Shown here: positions 37,079-45,279 of the stretch, piece by piece
Layout of the letters: each line of letters begins with the position of its first letter
How positions within the stretch are numbered: the stretch's first letter is position 1
DNA from: a virus
Lineage: Duplodnaviria; Caudoviricetes
Virus record (IMG/VR): IMGVR_UViG_3300033067_002210
Coordinates: 1-45,279 of that record
Strand: one strand, 5' to 3'
Length of the DNA: 45,279 nucleotides
Made by a program: the position numbers and the translations under genes
Notes under the pieces: generated by a model
The model's database searches: none
What the model was told of the DNA's origin: nothing
Seen by the model: only the letters and a program-made list of their open reading frames with translations

Positions 37079-37741
37079 ATGCAAGCCACATATGACGAAT
37101 GCGTGATGACGTTGTGGGATCTCTGCTCTGATGCATATTTACGCCACAATTATAAGTTGACATTTCCTGCTGGTACCGATCCGACCAAGACATACCAGTG
37201 GAGATATTTGGCGGCGTTCCATCGCAAAATTCAAGAGTGGGATTTGACGCACGACGAGACAGTTCAATTGATCAATATCATCGCTGATTACGCTAGTCAG
37301 ACGCATGCGATCAAGAAAGGACTGGCGATTTTCAATCAGACGAATATTGTAGAGATGTGCAATGCCAAGCTCAAGCAGAATAAAACGTCCGGTCGACAGG
37401 TATTAGATACGTTGAAGCAGACGTTCACGTGGCTACAATCGCAAATAGATGGTAATCCTTTAAGAACTTTACTGTACAAGAAAAATTCGGCGGCATTCTC
37501 AAATATTGTCTGCTGGTACGAAGCCCATAAGATCACGCCACTCTACCTGTCCGTCTCCAAAATGTGCGGGCAGGCCATGCGGAAATTAGAAGAAACCGAT
37601 CCGCACGAACGCAGCCTGTTGCCGTCACAGGTTGTGCTCTACAAGTCTCGAACCAACTTTCTCCAAGACCCCGTGAATCATGAACAGGCCAAGTGCATAC
37701 TTGGTGCTGACTGGAAAGAACCATGCCTGTTACGACCGTGA
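37079..37741 (+). CDS. hypothetical helical protein
   Basis: ATG 37079 preceded by GTATTG; upstream of nrdJ. Confidence 0.65.
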   Translation: MQATYDECVMTLWDLCSDAYLRHNYKLTFPAGTDPTKTYQWRYLAAFHRKIQEWDLTHDETVQLINIIADYASQTHAIKKGLAIFNQTNIVEMCNAKLKQNKTSGRQVLDTLKQTFTWLQSQIDGNPLRTLLYKKNSAAFSNIVCWYEAHKITPLYLSVSKMCGQAMRKLEETDPHERSLLPSQVVLYKSRTNFLQDPVNHEQAKCILGADWKEPCLLRP

Positions 37742-39900
37742 CCCGTACCAAAACTGAACTCGTCAACGTCAATGTCGTCGAGCAATACTTCGGATCATTC
37801 GCCGATGATCAGTATTTCCGTTTAGACCAAGAGTTCCTGGCTGGCTTTCGCGGCAAAAAGCCGAACTTCGGATTCAACGGCCTGGGCGAATTCACGTTCT
37901 ACCGCACATACTCGCGGATGAAAGAAGACGGGACCAAAGAGTCGTTCACAGACACTATCACACGTGTCGTCGAAGGCTGCTACGAGATTCAACGTCGTCA
38001 CTGCCGCCGCCTGCACATTCCGTGGAACTACGAAAAGGCTCTGGTATCCGCCCGCGAAATGTTTCAAAGGATGTGGGATTTCAAATTCCTGCCTCCCGGT
38101 CGCGGGCTGTGGATGATGGGTACCAAGTTCATGTGGGAACGGGGGTCTGCCGCCCTCAACAACTGCGCATTCGTCTCGACCGATGATAACATCGAATCAG
38201 ATCCGGCTGAGCCGTTCTGCTTCCTGATGGACATGTCCATGTTGGGAGTCGGTGTCGGCTTCGATACGAAGGGTGCTGGATGCGTCCGCGTATCGAAACC
38301 AAATCAATCCATTATCCGTGAGTACGTCGTCAACGACTCTCGCGAAGGATGGGTTGATAGTCTGCGACAGCTGATTCACTCATATACCATCAAAACCGCT
38401 GACGGAATCGTCTCATTCATCTATGACGATATTCGGAAAGCTGGTAGTCCGATTAACGGATTCGGAGGTAAGGCTAGCGGCCCCTCGATCCTCATCGAAC
38501 TGCACGAACTCGTCCGTGCTCACCTCGAGAAACGCATCGGTACCACGCTCAGCAGCGTGGACATCACCGACCTCATGAATTATATCGGACGATGTGTGGT
38601 GGCTGGGAATGTCCGCAGAACAGCAGAGATTGCCTTCGGTGATCCGCATGATGCTGACTATCGTTCGATGAAGAATCCCACCAAAACTCTGCTCCCGGAA
38701 GACCTGAAGGAGTGGTACGACGTAACCAATCGGCTGTATGGGGAGAAGCGGTATTCAGCAGTCACGACGGACTTCGAAAATATTCCGCTGTTCCGATTGC
38801 AGCCAGCCATCCACACATGGAATGCTCTGAACCATCACAGATGGGCTTCGAATAATTCCGTTTTCGCGTACGTCGGAATGGATTATAAAGAGTCGGCTGC
38901 TCAGATCGCTGTGAACGGTGAACCAGGATTTATCTGGTTGGATAACGTCCGCGATTATGGACGTATGATTGACGGTCGACAACCGGGCATCGATGGGCGT
39001 GTGAAGGGCGGTAATCCGTGCCTCGAACAGTCTCTCGAGTCATACGAACTTTGCAATCTCTGTGAAACGTTCCCAGCGAATCATGAGGATGCCGCTGACT
39101 ACATGCGGACTCTGAAGTTCGCATATCTCTACGCCAAGACTGTTACGCTACTGCCTACGCACAATTCCAGGTCGAATCAGGTGATGCTCCGCAATCGCCG
39201 GATTGGTCTGAGCCAGTCTGGTATTGTACAAGCATTCTCTAAGTTCGGGCGTCGGGTTGTGCTTCGGGATTTCTGTGATGCCGGGTACAATGAGGTTCGT
39301 CGGTGGGATCAGATTTATGCTGAATGGCTGTGCGTGCAGAAGTCGATCAAGATGACCTCCGTGAAGCCCAGCGGAACGGTTTCTCTGGTCGTCGGAGCCA
39401 CGCCGGGCATCCACTACCCAGAAGCGGCCACGTACTGGCGACGTGTCTGTGTGTCAAGCGACAGCATCCTCGTCAGCATCATGCGTGAAGCCGGGTACCA
39501 CATCGAGCCTAAGATCAGTGATCCTGCTACGATGGTCATCAAGTTCGCTGTTCACGATCCGCGTGTGAAGCCGATCGGATCAGTTTCTATCTGGGAGCAG
39601 ACGGCCAACGTCATTGATTATCAGTCGGTGTGGGCTGATAATCAAGTCAGCTGCACTATTCAATTCAGGCAGCGTGAAATCCCAGAACTGGAAGCGCTGT
39701 TGGAATATAGTGAAGATAAATTGAAGGGTCTGAGTCTGCTTCCGCATAGTGAGCATGGATATCAACAGGCTCCATACGAAGAATGCACACTCGCGGAAGT
39801 CGAGGAATATAACTCGAAACTGAAGCCGACAGATTACTCTCAATACATCGCTGAAGCTATCGGCTCCAAATATTGCGATAATGATCAATGTACGATTTAG
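37723..39900 (+). CDS. nrdJ: class II (B12-dependent) ribonucleoside-triphosphate reductase
   Basis: FYRTYSR, FLPPGRGLW, NNCAF, GNVRRTA, NPCLEQ, ELCNL, TSVKPSGT, C-terminal CDNDQC. Confidence 0.95.
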   Translation: MPVTTVTRTKTELVNVNVVEQYFGSFADDQYFRLDQEFLAGFRGKKPNFGFNGLGEFTFYRTYSRMKEDGTKESFTDTITRVVEGCYEIQRRHCRRLHIPWNYEKALVSAREMFQRMWDFKFLPPGRGLWMMGTKFMWERGSAALNNCAFVSTDDNIESDPAEPFCFLMDMSMLGVGVGFDTKGAGCVRVSKPNQSIIREYVVNDSREGWVDSLRQLIHSYTIKTADGIVSFIYDDIRKAGSPINGFGGKASGPSILIELHELVRAHLEKRIGTTLSSVDITDLMNYIGRCVVAGNVRRTAEIAFGDPHDADYRSMKNPTKTLLPEDLKEWYDVTNRLYGEKRYSAVTTDFENIPLFRLQPAIHTWNALNHHRWASNNSVFAYVGMDYKESAAQIAVNGEPGFIWLDNVRDYGRMIDGRQPGIDGRVKGGNPCLEQSLESYELCNLCETFPANHEDAADYMRTLKFAYLYAKTVTLLPTHNSRSNQVMLRNRRIGLSQSGIVQAFSKFGRRVVLRDFCDAGYNEVRRWDQIYAEWLCVQKSIKMTSVKPSGTVSLVVGATPGIHYPEAATYWRRVCVSSDSILVSIMREAGYHIEPKISDPATMVIKFAVHDPRVKPIGSVSIWEQTANVIDYQSVWADNQVSCTIQFRQREIPELEALLEYSEDKLKGLSLLPHSEHGYQQAPYEECTLAEVEEYNSKLKPTDYSQYIAEAIGSKYCDNDQCTI

Positions 39901-39904
39901 ACGT

Positions 39905-39928
39905 ATTGGAATGGATACACATTCCAAT
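39905..39928 (+). terminator. stem-loop between nrdJ and helicase
   Basis: ATTGGAATG-N6-CATTCCAAT, flanked on both sides by GACGTAT. Confidence 0.45.
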
Positions 39929-39940
39929 TAAAGGACGTAT

Positions 39941-41542
39941 ATGCGGGCGATAATCGCAGACAACAACTGGATTTACTTCGAAAACATCACTCCAGTTGAA
40001 GAAGATGCGATTTGGCATTCCTTCAGCGTCTCCAAACCCAACGTATACCTCTCAGAAAATCAGAGAGGTGATTGGGATGGTGTGTTTCGAAAGTATAATC
40101 GGGCCAAGAAACGTATGGCTCGTCCGTTACTGTCTATGCTCAGGGGAGTTTGTGAGAAACGCAATCTTCCACTAGTAGTAGTTGATAATAGGGACCAGTG
40201 GGAATACCCAGTACTGTCTCCCGAAGAGGTGAATGCTGACTTTCTTCCCAACATCACGCTTGGTGAGGATCAAGTCGCCGCTATTCGGAAAGGCATAACT
40301 ACGGAATGCATGATTTTCGATATCCCAACCGGCGGCGGGAAAACGGAAATTTTGTGTGGCTTATGTAAAGCCATCGAATGCCCTACATTGATCATCGCTG
40401 ATCAGACAGTGGTTATTGATCAGATCAAAAGCCGCCTGGAACTGCGAGACGTGGGTGGTGAAATCGGCATGTTCTATGCCGGAAAACGCCCCAACGGCGA
40501 AATGGTCATAGTTGGTTCTATTCAGTCTTTGAGCACTCCTACTAAAGTGCCTGAAGAGCCTATGCGAACTGCTAAAGATACGGATGCTACGTATCGGAGG
40601 AAACTGAAGAATTGGGAATCGCGATTGGTCGGTTTCAAAACCAGAAAGAAGAATGCTAAGGTTCTTCAGGAATATGCTAGGAAAGCCGAGATGGTGATAG
40701 TCGATGAGTGCGATAAGTGCTCATCGAAATTGTATAAAAATATGTTCAGGTTTTTATATTCTGGTAGGAGACGATACGGATTTTCGGGGACGCCTCTAGA
40801 CGAATCCAAGCCCGTTGAGGGTATGGATATGCAAGAGATGCTAGGATCGATTGGGTTTAGCGTCGATCGGGAATATTTGCAAGATGCCAAACGAATCATC
40901 GAATTCGAATACTATATGTTGGCATTTGGGCTACAGGGAAGTCGGTCGGATGCGTCCACATATGACATTGCATATTCTGAATGGATAACGCAGAATCCTA
41001 ACTTCCATGGCTTGGTGGCCCAGCTTTGTCAAAAATCAAAACGTTGTGAGTCGGATGGCGTTTTGATTCTGGTTGATAGAGAGGAACTTGGGCACAATTT
41101 AGAGACAGCTGTTGCTAGTACTGGGTTGCGGTGCGCTTTTATCTTCGGCAAAACGCCCAAACGTCGCCGCACGGAGATCTTGCGTGCTTTTGAGCGGCGA
41201 GAGCTGGATGTACTTATAGGGGGTAAGATTATTAATCGCGGCCTGGATTTGTCTGGTGGATGTGAGACACTTATAATCGCAACTGGGGGGAAGCTCAGAT
41301 CTGACTTTATCCAGAAGATTGGCCGAGCTGTTCGGCACAACAAACGTGGTAAAAGTCGGGTATATGATTTCTTCTTCATGTGCAATAAGTACCTTTACCA
41401 GCACTCTAGGGCACGACTGGATGTCGTTCTAACGACGAAATGCAAATCACTTGTTGTGTTTCCCGGTGGTAAAATTGATGGTGCACAACTTAAACACTCC
41501 AGATACAGAATCAGTGCCAAGTATCTTACAGGCACCCGCTGA
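39941..41542 (+). CDS. superfamily 2 helicase (UvsW-like)
   Basis: PTGGGKT, IVDECD, GFSGTP, RGLD, QKIGRAVR. Confidence 0.9.
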   Translation: MRAIIADNNWIYFENITPVEEDAIWHSFSVSKPNVYLSENQRGDWDGVFRKYNRAKKRMARPLLSMLRGVCEKRNLPLVVVDNRDQWEYPVLSPEEVNADFLPNITLGEDQVAAIRKGITTECMIFDIPTGGGKTEILCGLCKAIECPTLIIADQTVVIDQIKSRLELRDVGGEIGMFYAGKRPNGEMVIVGSIQSLSTPTKVPEEPMRTAKDTDATYRRKLKNWESRLVGFKTRKKNAKVLQEYARKAEMVIVDECDKCSSKLYKNMFRFLYSGRRRYGFSGTPLDESKPVEGMDMQEMLGSIGFSVDREYLQDAKRIIEFEYYMLAFGLQGSRSDASTYDIAYSEWITQNPNFHGLVAQLCQKSKRCESDGVLILVDREELGHNLETAVASTGLRCAFIFGKTPKRRRTEILRAFERRELDVLIGGKIINRGLDLSGGCETLIIATGGKLRSDFIQKIGRAVRHNKRGKSRVYDFFFMCNKYLYQHSRARLDVVLTTKCKSLVVFPGGKIDGAQLKHSRYRISAKYLTGTR

Positions 41543-42491
41543 ACTTATATTAGCAGATGCTGAAACGCCAGCCGAGGTAGCACCGCCAGCAGAACCAATT
41601 CCACTACGAAGACTGTACTTTATAAATGAGATTGTGGAGTGGGCACTAACCAAGTATATCTGGACTGGTTGCACCAAAGTCGAATTGCGTGACACTATCA
41701 TGTCTCACGCTTCTGAATTGATTAGGCAGATAATTCGAAAACAGGGCCTGCATACCATATATCCAGGCCAGGAAGAATCGGCATTCGGCGACCTGTTGCA
41801 AACAGCATGGTGCCAAATCGAGAGAGTGCTCTACAAATATCGGGCACGCCCTCACTGCCGTAAGTGCTTTAATCCTGATCGCCCATCCGATTCATTGCTA
41901 TATTCGCCAGGCGACAAGGAATATGGCATCAAAACGATGGCGGAAGTCATCGAAATGCATAAAGAGTGTCCTAAGTGTCGCACAAAGTTACTCGCCGAGC
42001 CAATCGTAGAGCCATTCCAAGGCGGATATGGCGGGTCTGAAACGATCATATATCGTGGGATGTCCAAAGTTTTCAATATGTGGAGCCAAATTGCTAGAAC
42101 TGTAATTTTAGCGTATATCAAGAAGGAAGGCCGTGATCGCAAAAATTCTTCATCATACGTCACACATCTCGGTAATAAGACACGTCCGCTAAGTGGCATC
42201 ATGACGAGGTTTTTCGCGGAAGTGCGGCAGGTCTGGCAATACCACGATGATTATTTGAAGATTATTGACGCCCTGGAGTGGCTTGCCCAAAACGATGATA
42301 AGGCATATGACGGTACTATTGGGAAGCTGGTAGAACGCACTGGCTTGTCAAGATCTATTATAACCACATTCATGACTCTAACTAAGTTGCGTAGTTTGGA
42401 ATTGTCAGATTCCAACGTGAGCAGTAACATTAGTGATTATAAAGTTGATCGCCGCAAAGGTGGTAGTGCCGAATTTGAAGACGAACCATAA
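41478..42491 (+). CDS. late-transcription sigma factor (T4 gp55-like) with Zn-finger insertion
   Basis: LYFINE, DLLQTAWCQIERVLYKY, SKVFNMWSQIARTVILAYIKKE resemble gp55 region 2; near terminase genes. Confidence 0.6.
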   Translation: MVHNLNTPDTESVPSILQAPAELILADAETPAEVAPPAEPIPLRRLYFINEIVEWALTKYIWTGCTKVELRDTIMSHASELIRQIIRKQGLHTIYPGQEESAFGDLLQTAWCQIERVLYKYRARPHCRKCFNPDRPSDSLLYSPGDKEYGIKTMAEVIEMHKECPKCRTKLLAEPIVEPFQGGYGGSETIIYRGMSKVFNMWSQIARTVILAYIKKEGRDRKNSSSYVTHLGNKTRPLSGIMTRFFAEVRQVWQYHDDYLKIIDALEWLAQNDDKAYDGTIGKLVERTGLSRSIITTFMTLTKLRSLELSDSNVSSNISDYKVDRRKGGSAEFEDEP

Positions 42492-42521
42492 TTTTACCAA
42501 ATATATTACAAGGGGAAAATT

Positions 42522-43007
42522 ATGAGTGATAAACTACTAGAAGAAGTTCTTCAAAAAATCGACGCCAAGACCATTACATGCGAAGACTTCAATAGGCTCA
42601 TAGCCGAGACGACTCCGGAATCTATTCGAGACCGTATCCGGCGGCGAACCATTAAGAATGAAACCGATTCACACCAAGACGAAGACGGTCATCAGCAATT
42701 ACAGCTCCCGTCATTTAACAGACGGGTAATGCCGAAACGCAAACCAGAACATCAGCAAAGCCATGGACGGGCCAAGCTTGCTCACCGACACTCAGCCAAA
42801 ACGCAAGAGAAGACCATGTCAGCCTCTTTAAGTGAGGCTCTGGAATTTGTCATAGCGAATGTTAACAAGCCGATCTCTGAATCATTGATCAAGCCGTATA
42901 ACCAAACCGATCTTCGCAAAGTCATCACTACGATGATGCTCAAGAGCAGTGTGAATCGCGATTGGTTGTATGAACTCCTCAAGTGCGTGGACAATGCCAA
43001 CAGATGA
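42522..43007 (+). CDS. hypothetical protein
   Basis: AGGGG SD, CAAATATA at 42498. Confidence 0.7.
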   Translation: MSDKLLEEVLQKIDAKTITCEDFNRLIAETTPESIRDRIRRRTIKNETDSHQDEDGHQQLQLPSFNRRVMPKRKPEHQQSHGRAKLAHRHSAKTQEKTMSASLSEALEFVIANVNKPISESLIKPYNQTDLRKVITTMMLKSSVNRDWLYELLKCVDNANR

Positions 43008-43683
43008 TGACGACGATATTGCTGATCTGCTCCGCAATTATAACGAAGTGGTGGAAGAACCGCCAGTAGACGGAGAGCCTATAGTTGAAGACGAATACGT
43101 CGGCGATGAAGTAGACGTCGATGAAGCTCTTCGAGACATAATGGATCATCTAAACCAAGAAGAAGAGTCCGAAAAGAATAAATTGGAGACTGTCGGGTTC
43201 ACTGGGTCCGCCTCTGAAGCTCCTCTGGCTGCTGATCTGGTTATCAAAGAAACCAGGCAGATCAAGGCTAGCTTGGATGATGACATCCCAGAAGATGAGA
43301 CATTAGCACCACAGGACCCGCTGGTAGACATTCGCAGACAGTTTGAGCGAATGGAGGCAATTTCGTCCGAGGTGGTTGACTCGTCTAGATCAGACCGCAA
43401 CGAAACTCAGGGCGTAATAGGGGTCCTGCGTGGTGAAATAGATAAGGCTATTGCCGCTGGTCAAACACCGGCCAGAGTAAATGTAGAATTTCTGGTAAAA
43501 GCCCTAGAGGTGAAGACATCTATAAATACCAATCTTATCAAGATTATTGATGCTACTGCTAAGATGTTAGCTTCTACCAAGGCTAGTACCATACTCCAGA
43601 CAAATGTTGAAGTAACTAATAATAATAGTGCTGAGTTACAAAAAGCTCTAGACGAGCCTCTTGGGCCTAATGATAGTTGGTAA
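42994..43683 (+). CDS. terminase small subunit (gp16-like)
   Basis: directly upstream of the large subunit; PARVNVEFLVKALE..LIKI..TNNNSAELQKAL; acidic N-terminal extension. Confidence 0.65.
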   Translation: MPTDDDDDIADLLRNYNEVVEEPPVDGEPIVEDEYVGDEVDVDEALRDIMDHLNQEEESEKNKLETVGFTGSASEAPLAADLVIKETRQIKASLDDDIPEDETLAPQDPLVDIRRQFERMEAISSEVVDSSRSDRNETQGVIGVLRGEIDKAIAAGQTPARVNVEFLVKALEVKTSINTNLIKIIDATAKMLASTKASTILQTNVEVTNNNSAELQKALDEPLGPNDSW

Positions 43684-43684
43684 A

Positions 43685-45279
43685 ATGACTTCCAGCCAAC
43701 GTGCGATCATTCAGAAGTGCCGGAAATCAGTAACATGGTTTCTACGGCAAATGGGAAAGATTAAGCACCCAGGTGCTGGTATCGTAGATTTCGACCCATT
43801 TTCGTATCAAAGAAAAGCCTTAGAAGCATTCCGAAAATATCGTTTCAATATTTTCCGAAAATGCCGTCAGTCAGGTATTTCTAAGATTAGTGGAGCATTC
43901 GCGCTGTGGTTTGCGATGTTCCACAATAATAAAACAATCTTAATTGTATCACGTACCGACGAAGACGCGATGGGGTTCTTACGGGAACAGATTATATTTC
44001 TGTTCCAGCACTTGCCAAAATGGATACAAGAATTATACACTCCTACTAAACTAAATGAACACGAGATCGTTTTCCCAAACGGTTCCAGAATCAAGTCGCT
44101 TACCAGCCACCCTGACGTTTTACGATCAAACGCTTCCTCACTGAATATTATTGACGAAGCCGCATTCATCCAACATATGGACGTACTGTGGGCAGGCGGA
44201 TGGAGTACTTTACAGCATGGTGGTAACATAATTGTCATCAGCACGTGTGTACATCCTAATACAATGATCTTAACTGATGAAGGTTTTACCACGGTAGGCG
44301 ATCTAGCCCCTGATAAGTATGATGGACTGGATGATGGATATTATCATAAAGAAGTAATTGGAAACATAGTAGCTCCGTCTGGTGAGATTGTAAATTACAC
44401 TAAATTCTATAAACGAGATCCAGAGCCGACGAAGAACATCATTACAAAATTGGGGTACGAACTAGAGGCTTCAACTCGCCATCGTATCAACACAATTGAT
44501 GGCTATAAGTTTGTCCATGAGCTTCAAATTGGTGACATTATACCAATCAGGCGAGGAACAAATATTTTCGGTAATAAGGACTTTCTTGGATTTAGTGATA
44601 CAGGATGGGTTAGTGATACAGAACGTAATCATCATACCCGACTAGATATCGAATATATAACTGAAGAATTAGCGTACTTGTTGGGTGGGTTGACTGCTGA
44701 AGGCAGTATATCTGATACGTATACTACATTTGTTAATGGTGACATAAAATTTAGAAATAAATTTATAAATAATACAATAGGGTTAATATGGAACAATGAG
44801 GATCGAGAAACGCATATTAGGTGCTGTAGTACTAGATTTGTTAGATTTTTGAAATGGTTTGGTTTTGAACGCTGTCGAGCTTGGGACAAAACTATTCCAA
44901 GACGATTGTGGTCATGTTCAAAACCAATTATCGCAGCGTATCTGCGAGGTTTGTTTGATGGTGATGGACATAGTCGTACTAGAGACGGTGAAATTGGCTA
45001 TACATCTACTTCGAGGCAGTTAATAAAACAAGTTCGACTATTTTTATTAAATTTTGGAATAATGTGTCGTGAAGAATATCATCCAGCGTATGTTAAAACA
45101 TTTAATTTGAACGATAGAGAATACGAATCTGATTGCCGTGAATCGTGGACTCTGATTATAAGATCTGGAGAAGCTTGTAAATTTTACGATTTGATCGGTT
45201 TCGATTTAGATCGTAAAACGTATAATTCAAACAATTGTCGGAATTCTATCGAATATATTCCAGACGCACATTTAGCCAT
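43685..45279 (+). CDS. terminase large subunit (gp17-like), intein-containing, 3'-truncated by window
   Basis: absent from the ORF track; MTSSQRAII..FDPFSYQ..RKCRQSGIS..FPNGSRI..IIDEAAF..IIVIST. Confidence 0.93.
   Translation, partial: MTSSQRAIIQKCRKSVTWFLRQMGKIKHPGAGIVDFDPFSYQRKALEAFRKYRFNIFRKCRQSGISKISGAFALWFAMFHNNKTILIVSRTDEDAMGFLREQIIFLFQHLPKWIQELYTPTKLNEHEIVFPNGSRIKSLTSHPDVLRSNASSLNIIDEAAFIQHMDVLWAGGWSTLQHGGNIIVISTCVHPNTMILTDEGFTTVGDLAPDKYDGLDDGYYHKEVIGNIVAPSGEIVNYTKFYKRDPEPTKNIITKLGYELEASTRHRINTIDGYKFVHELQIGDIIPIRRGTNIFGNKDFLGFSDTGWVSDTERNHHTRLDIEYITEELAYLLGGLTAEGSISDTYTTFVNGDIKFRNKFINNTIGLIWNNEDRETHIRCCSTRFVRFLKWFGFERCRAWDKTIPRRLWSCSKPIIAAYLRGLFDGDGHSRTRDGEIGYTSTSRQLIKQVRLFLLNFGIMCREEYHPAYVKTFNLNDREYESDCRESWTLIIRSGEACKFYDLIGFDLDRKTYNSNNCRNSIEYIPDAHLA
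44246..45279 (+). mobile_element. intein with LAGLIDADG endonuclease in the large terminase
   Basis: CVHPNTMILT (block A) after VIST; GYELEASTRHRI (block B); LAYLLGGLTAEG and YLRGLFDGDG. Confidence 0.92.

Overview
The window is a fragment of a large T4-like myovirus (probably jumbo-phage) genome; no host chromosomal genes are evident. The + strand carries, in order: the 3' end of gmd, neck proteins (gp13/gp14-like), tail terminator (gp15-like), a 948-aa tail sheath, three tail-tube paralogues, gp26/gp51-like hub chaperones, hub, tape measure, gp48/54-, gp53-, gp5-, gp25- and gp6-like baseplate genes, a cupin, class II ribonucleotide reductase (nrdJ), a UvsW-like helicase, a gp55-like late sigma factor, small terminase, and a large terminase with a LAGLIDADG intein running off the end. 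AT-rich accessory genes are interleaved: HNH and LAGLIDADG endonucleases, two TOPRIM primase-like genes and a WGR protein. The most notable unexplained signals are: (1) at least eight dispersed small ORFs sharing an 'LxDP-helix' signature; (2) a ~163-nt structured RNA with a predicted kissing loop; (3) a tRNA-like RNA with an expanded anticodon arm; (4) an apparent AUU start for the main tail tube gene; (5) a candidate +1 frameshift joining the gp26- and gp51-like ORFs; (6) a repeat-flanked cassette encoding a secreted cationic peptide; (7) two recurrent promoter-like motifs. All family assignments come from motif recognition by eye; no database search was run.
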